From positions 1 to 56,846 of the forward strand of contig NW_021835094.1 of the NCBI RefSeq assembly GCF_006345805.1: a DNA stretch of 56,846 nucleotides, written 5' to 3'. This document shows, piece after piece, positions 52,171 to 56,846 of this stretch. Each line of letters starts with the position of its first letter. Positions within the stretch are counted from its first letter, which is position 1. The notes under the pieces are model-generated. The model searched no databases. It was not told the origin of the DNA and saw only the letters and a list, made by a program, of their open reading frames with translations. Made by a program: the position numbers and the translations under genes. Source of the DNA: Octopus sinensis. Its lineage: Eukaryota.

Positions 52171-52531
52171 ACAGCCACTCCTGCGCCTATATACACATTA
52201 ATGTTTGATTTTTATGTTCGTTATAATAAAAACAATTTTACAATATTTTGGTAGGTTACTATATACTTTCGCAGAGTACAAATTTATTATTCTTGAAGAA
52301 CAATAGTATTGACTGTGACTTCGAAATCGTATATATATCTATATATATATATATATAATATATATACTACTCCGGCGATATTTCGACCATATCTCACATG
52401 GAATTAAGCGGCGGGCATTTTGAACTGGCCATGAGGCATACATCCATATATATGTGGGTATACGTTCGTATATGTAAGTATTCATATGTTGTATTTATAT
52501 ATATATGTATTTATGTTTCTCTTCTGTGTGT

Positions 52532-52590
52532 ATTCTACTGACGAGGCAAACCATTCATAAATGGAAAGCCAGAAATCCGGGATCTAGAAT
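52532..52590 (+). ncRNA. Type I hammerhead ribozyme, one extra A before G12
   Basis: Helix I AUUCUA/UAGAAU, CUGACGA, helix II GGC/GCC with inner CCAUU/AAUGG, GAAA-UCCGGGA-UC. Confidence 0.6.
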
Positions 52591-52879
52591 TATCCAGTAA
52601 TTTTTTACTAGTTTCATCTTGTCTCTTTGTTTTCTCTCCGTGTTGATATATGAACAATTAAGCTGGTTTTAGAGTCAGATCATGGCTGCTATTTTCAGCA
52701 TGTTGGTATCTCGTAGATACCCTAATTTATAATTATATATATATATAGTGGAACAAGTAGAAAGATATATGTTTTCAACATGTAAATACTGAACAGTATG
52801 TATAAAGGTTAAAATCGTTTTAAGAGCAGAAAATATTTGTCTACTTATTCTACCATACATTTCAACGCTTCAAAAAACA

Positions 52880-52900
52880 TAGATAGATAGATAGATAGAT

Positions 52901-52935
<35 letters not shown>

Positions 52936-53064
52936 TATATATAGATAGATAGATTGATAGATAGACAGACAGACAGACAACAGACAGACCATATAGATAG
53001 ATAGATAGATAGATAGATAGATGATTATAGATAGATAATAAATAGATAGACAGAACAGACAGAC

Positions 53065-53127
<63 letters not shown>

Positions 53128-53140
53128 GATAGATAGACTA
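52880..53140. repeat. (GATA)n/(GACA)n microsatellite
   Basis: Seen directly. Confidence 0.95.
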
Positions 53141-53569
53141 CATAAATGTAAGTGTATGGGTTATGCACGTGTGTTTAATCCCAAAAGTCTCGGAAACAAG
53201 CTACTTTTCTACTCCGTATTTGAGGCAATTCCCGACAGGATATGCCTTCGACAAAGGCCCGTTCTGTTTGTTTCACTGTCCCTGTTTTTGTTACCAATTT
53301 TGACCCTCCGCAAAAGCCCAGATTTTATTTAATTTGCTTTGCGGGAGCAACCGTTTTGCCGAAGTTGTATCTTGTCGTGAATGCTCGAAATAAGGAGTAA
53401 AAAATTGCCGACAATGATGAAGGGTCGTTCTTTATGTTGGTTTTCTTGTTTTCTCCATTTGTTTCTTTCGTCGTTCGCAAAAAAATGTTCGTATTCCATG
53501 TTTACGTATTTCGTGTTATTTTCGTATTTCATGTTGTTTAGTTCCATAACATCCTGTACCCATATATGC

Positions 53570-53617
<48 letters not shown>

Positions 53618-54209
53618 TATATATGTATGTACGTATATTTATATTATGTAATATATATATTTTTATATTATATACATACACAACACACACACCACACAAC
53701 ACACACACACACCCACACACACACACACACACACAACACAACACATATATATATATATATATACGAGGAAAACGCCCGCCGTCCAATGGACGGTACATGA
53801 ATCATATCTGGTGAATAAAAAGCAATCAGTGTTTTCTTTTCATTAAAAGATAATTAAGCATGCCTTTATTTCAATAAAATCTTTGGTTTTTTTTAAGGAA
53901 GTTAAGGCAAAAAAAAATCTTCTTAAGAAACCAAATAGTCTTTCCTTCCTTCATGCCAAGTTTGAAGAAAAGATCTCTTTTGCATTTCACTTGTTTGGTC
54001 TCTTAAATATACTGCATTTTGTGGCATTATTTCAAGCCAGCCGGCTTTTTTTGTGCAAACTGCACCTGCCTTTTTCCCGCGTACGCAGAGTATCGATCGT
54101 AACAGCTGATGTACTTGCGCGTACAAATGCACGTTCCCACGGCTTTATCGATCGCATTCTCACCTGGAATCGATTTTTGTAATTTTTTCAAGATTTATAT
54201 ACGCCCTGA

Positions 54210-54400
54210 TACCTATTTCTTTATTACCCACAAGGGGATAAACATAGAGGGGACAGACAAGGACAGCCATCGGTATTAAGTCGATTACATCGACCCAAGT
54301 GTGTAACTGGTACTTAATTTATCGACCCCGAAAGGATGAAAGGCAAAGTCGACCTCGGCAGAATATGAACTCAGAACGTAGCTGCAGGCGAAATACGTTT
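54210..54400 (-). mobile_element. SINE family A lacking the head
   Basis: Tail and body match; ends at GAAATAC. Confidence 0.85.
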
Positions 54401-54650
54401 CTGCCGTCGGTATCTACATATCAAATTTGAGCGCAATCGGATGGAGGATGCCCGAGATCCAAGAAGACACACAGACTGACAGACAGACAGAACGGATTTT
54501 ATATAATATTTATATATAAATCTTTAGTTAAATATATTCAATGAGAATATTATACACTGAAATCAATATCAGAAAATTCTTCAGAAAGATATATACATTT
54601 GTAAAATGTATTTTCTAATTGTGGATTTGTATAAAGGATACACGCACAGA

Positions 54651-54733
<83 letters not shown>

Positions 54734-56639
54734 TTTGCCGTTTATATGTATAGAGATTTCTTTAAATACTTAGCCATGTTTATAAGTATATTTTCTTGAC
54801 ACACGAATGATTATAACTTGAGGAAGCAGTATTTCGTTTCCATCATCTTTATTATTTAACGTCACATTCTTTACTTTCTCACTATTTATAATAAAAATAT
54901 TTATGGAATGTATTGCGAGTGAGGTATATGTTTCTGGTTGGAACCCCCAGGTTTTCTCTCCTGAAATGGCCTGGTTAACAGTTCATCCGGGTACAGGAAT
55001 GCTACCGGACACCTTGTCACTATGTTATGCTACCAACCAGCATGTTAGATTGGGTGCTTAAGAACTCAAAGGTGCATAAAACAACCTCACAAACATAAAA
55101 AACAAGCTGAAGATGACTGTCACTTCATCCTAGTCTTCAGATGTCTGGGTACGCCCCCTGGTGCACACATTCCCTAGAAAGGTTGAAAGAGACTGAAGAG
55201 TTTTCAAACCAAATCTCACGAAAAGAAAACGTCAACGATATTGTGACGTCATAAACACATATGGAAAGATTGAAATTTCTTTGGACTAAACAAATGATTC
55301 AAAAATTGATTTCACACACACACACACACACACGGATACTCTTTCTGTCTCACCTTCTCTCTCTATATATATACACACATAAGCGTAGGCACAAACACAA
55401 TGATACATATATTACACAGGCATACAAATATTTTACACACGCACCTTATACACTCATCACATCTTATGCACCCATCGCACCCAAAACATTGTTTTCACGG
55501 ACAACTTGTTTCGTGATTTGGCCACTCAACATAATCATTAACAGGATTTTATCCTGATTTCTATTAAGTATAATTAATATAATATTTTCGCTCCTGATTG
55601 AAATCGCATTTCCTTCGAGCCTATTTCGGTTAAAAAACATGCAGCTGAAATGAAAAGTAAAAATTTGACTTTATCTGATGCATTAACACAGATATTTGTA
55701 TATGGACGTACGCCTTTGCTTCGTATGGTTGTGTATAAATATCTGTGACTATGTTTCTTTGAATATTGTGCTGAAGATGAGAAATAAGCTATTTTTACTA
55801 CTTTAATAGCGAAATTGGACCCAACACACAATTTACTGTGAAGTAGTATTTTGTATTTTTCATTTGCTCGCTCAGTCCTACTGCGTGGCACCTTGGGCAA
55901 GTATCTTTTCGTATCGTCTCGGGGAACGGGGCGACCAAAGCCTTGTGAGTGTATTTGGGAGACGCAAACTGAAAGAAGCCAGTCATATATTCCCTATTTT
56001 AACGTGTCTAAGGAGCCCCCTAATTTGGGAGGCTTAGAATTTGGGGAAAACTGTTTTGTAAGGGATTATAATACTATCCTTGTATAAAAAAAACTCACAT
56101 ATTTTTAAACCTAATTTTTGACAGAAAAGGTTCCTTATACACGTTAAAATACGGTATACACACACATACACACATGCATATATAGTATAATAAGGAGAGG
56201 AAAATGGAAGGGTAGACGTTACGTTATTCCAAGTTGGTACATATATCCAATAAAACTCCACAATTTGTTTCCAAGCCTAATTAATTCAAAACAAAACGAA
56301 ATATAAACGTTTTGAATTCACAAATTAGGCTTTTCCTCAGGAATTCATTATTGGAATGAATGGGGTCTACCAACAAAAATATAAAAAAACCTTTACAATA
56401 GCCCAGAAAGGAGCAAACAATTAAATTATGATTGAAAGAAATTAACCGAATGTCAAACCGATCAAAAACAGAAAAAATATATAAATCCTCTTCGGCGTTA
56501 ATTCAAGTAACAATTCACAATTTATAAATACAAAACAAAAACAGAAAGAAAAAAAATAGGCAATCAACCTACAGATAAGTTAATGAAACAAATAAACTAA
56601 TAACTACTAAGAATTATATATATACTGTATATAGTTAGG

Positions 56640-56846
56640 TGTGTGTTTGTTCTTTTGTGTCTGTGTCTGTTCCCCCACTATCTCCTAACAAACGATGCTG
56701 GTGAGTTTAAGTCCCTGTAACCTAGCGGTTCGGCGAAAAGAGACCGATAGAATAAGTACTAGGCTTACAAAGAATAAGTCCTGGGGCCGATTTGCTCGAC
56801 TAACCCCCCCCCCCAATTAAGGCGGTGCTCCAGCATGGCCGTAGTC
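56640..56846 (+). mobile_element. SINE family C 3' half, runs off the window
   Basis: GATAGAATAAGTACTAGGCTTACAAAGAATAAGTCCTGGGG...GGCGGTGCTCCAGCATGGCC. Confidence 0.85.

Overview
This is eukaryotic, AT-rich, repeat-saturated intronic or intergenic DNA. The SINE families and microsatellite style suggest a coleoid cephalopod, probably Octopus (inference from recognition, not a search). I found no intact host gene, rRNA, true tRNA gene or CRISPR array. Nearly all long ORFs in the track are artefacts of low-complexity repeats. The window contains: (1) a near-complete irritans-type mariner (1538-2831); (2) an ~11-kb G-depleted 21-bp satellite with higher-order structure; (3) many tRNA-derived SINEs, including tandem multimers and nested insertions; (4) decayed Tx1/L1-clade LINE, RTE, CR1-like, Ty3/gypsy and older mariner fragments; (5) two MITE families with GG...CC ends, 8-bp TSDs and internal TTAGGG tracts. 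The most interesting signal is a set of small elements in (TA)n microsatellites built as [inverted copy of 3' end]-[body with type I hammerhead ribozyme]-[3' end]-(TA)n. One has a fully canonical hammerhead core (43299-43388, minus strand). This fits non-autonomous Penelope-like or retrozyme-type retroelements. Also notable: a degenerate HDV-like fold in an RTE-like 5' region, and a SINE whose 3' tail matches the 3' end of a Tx1-like LINE and shows target-site bias. Scattered 1-bp indels suggest some long-read consensus error. Coordinates of degenerate repeats are approximate.
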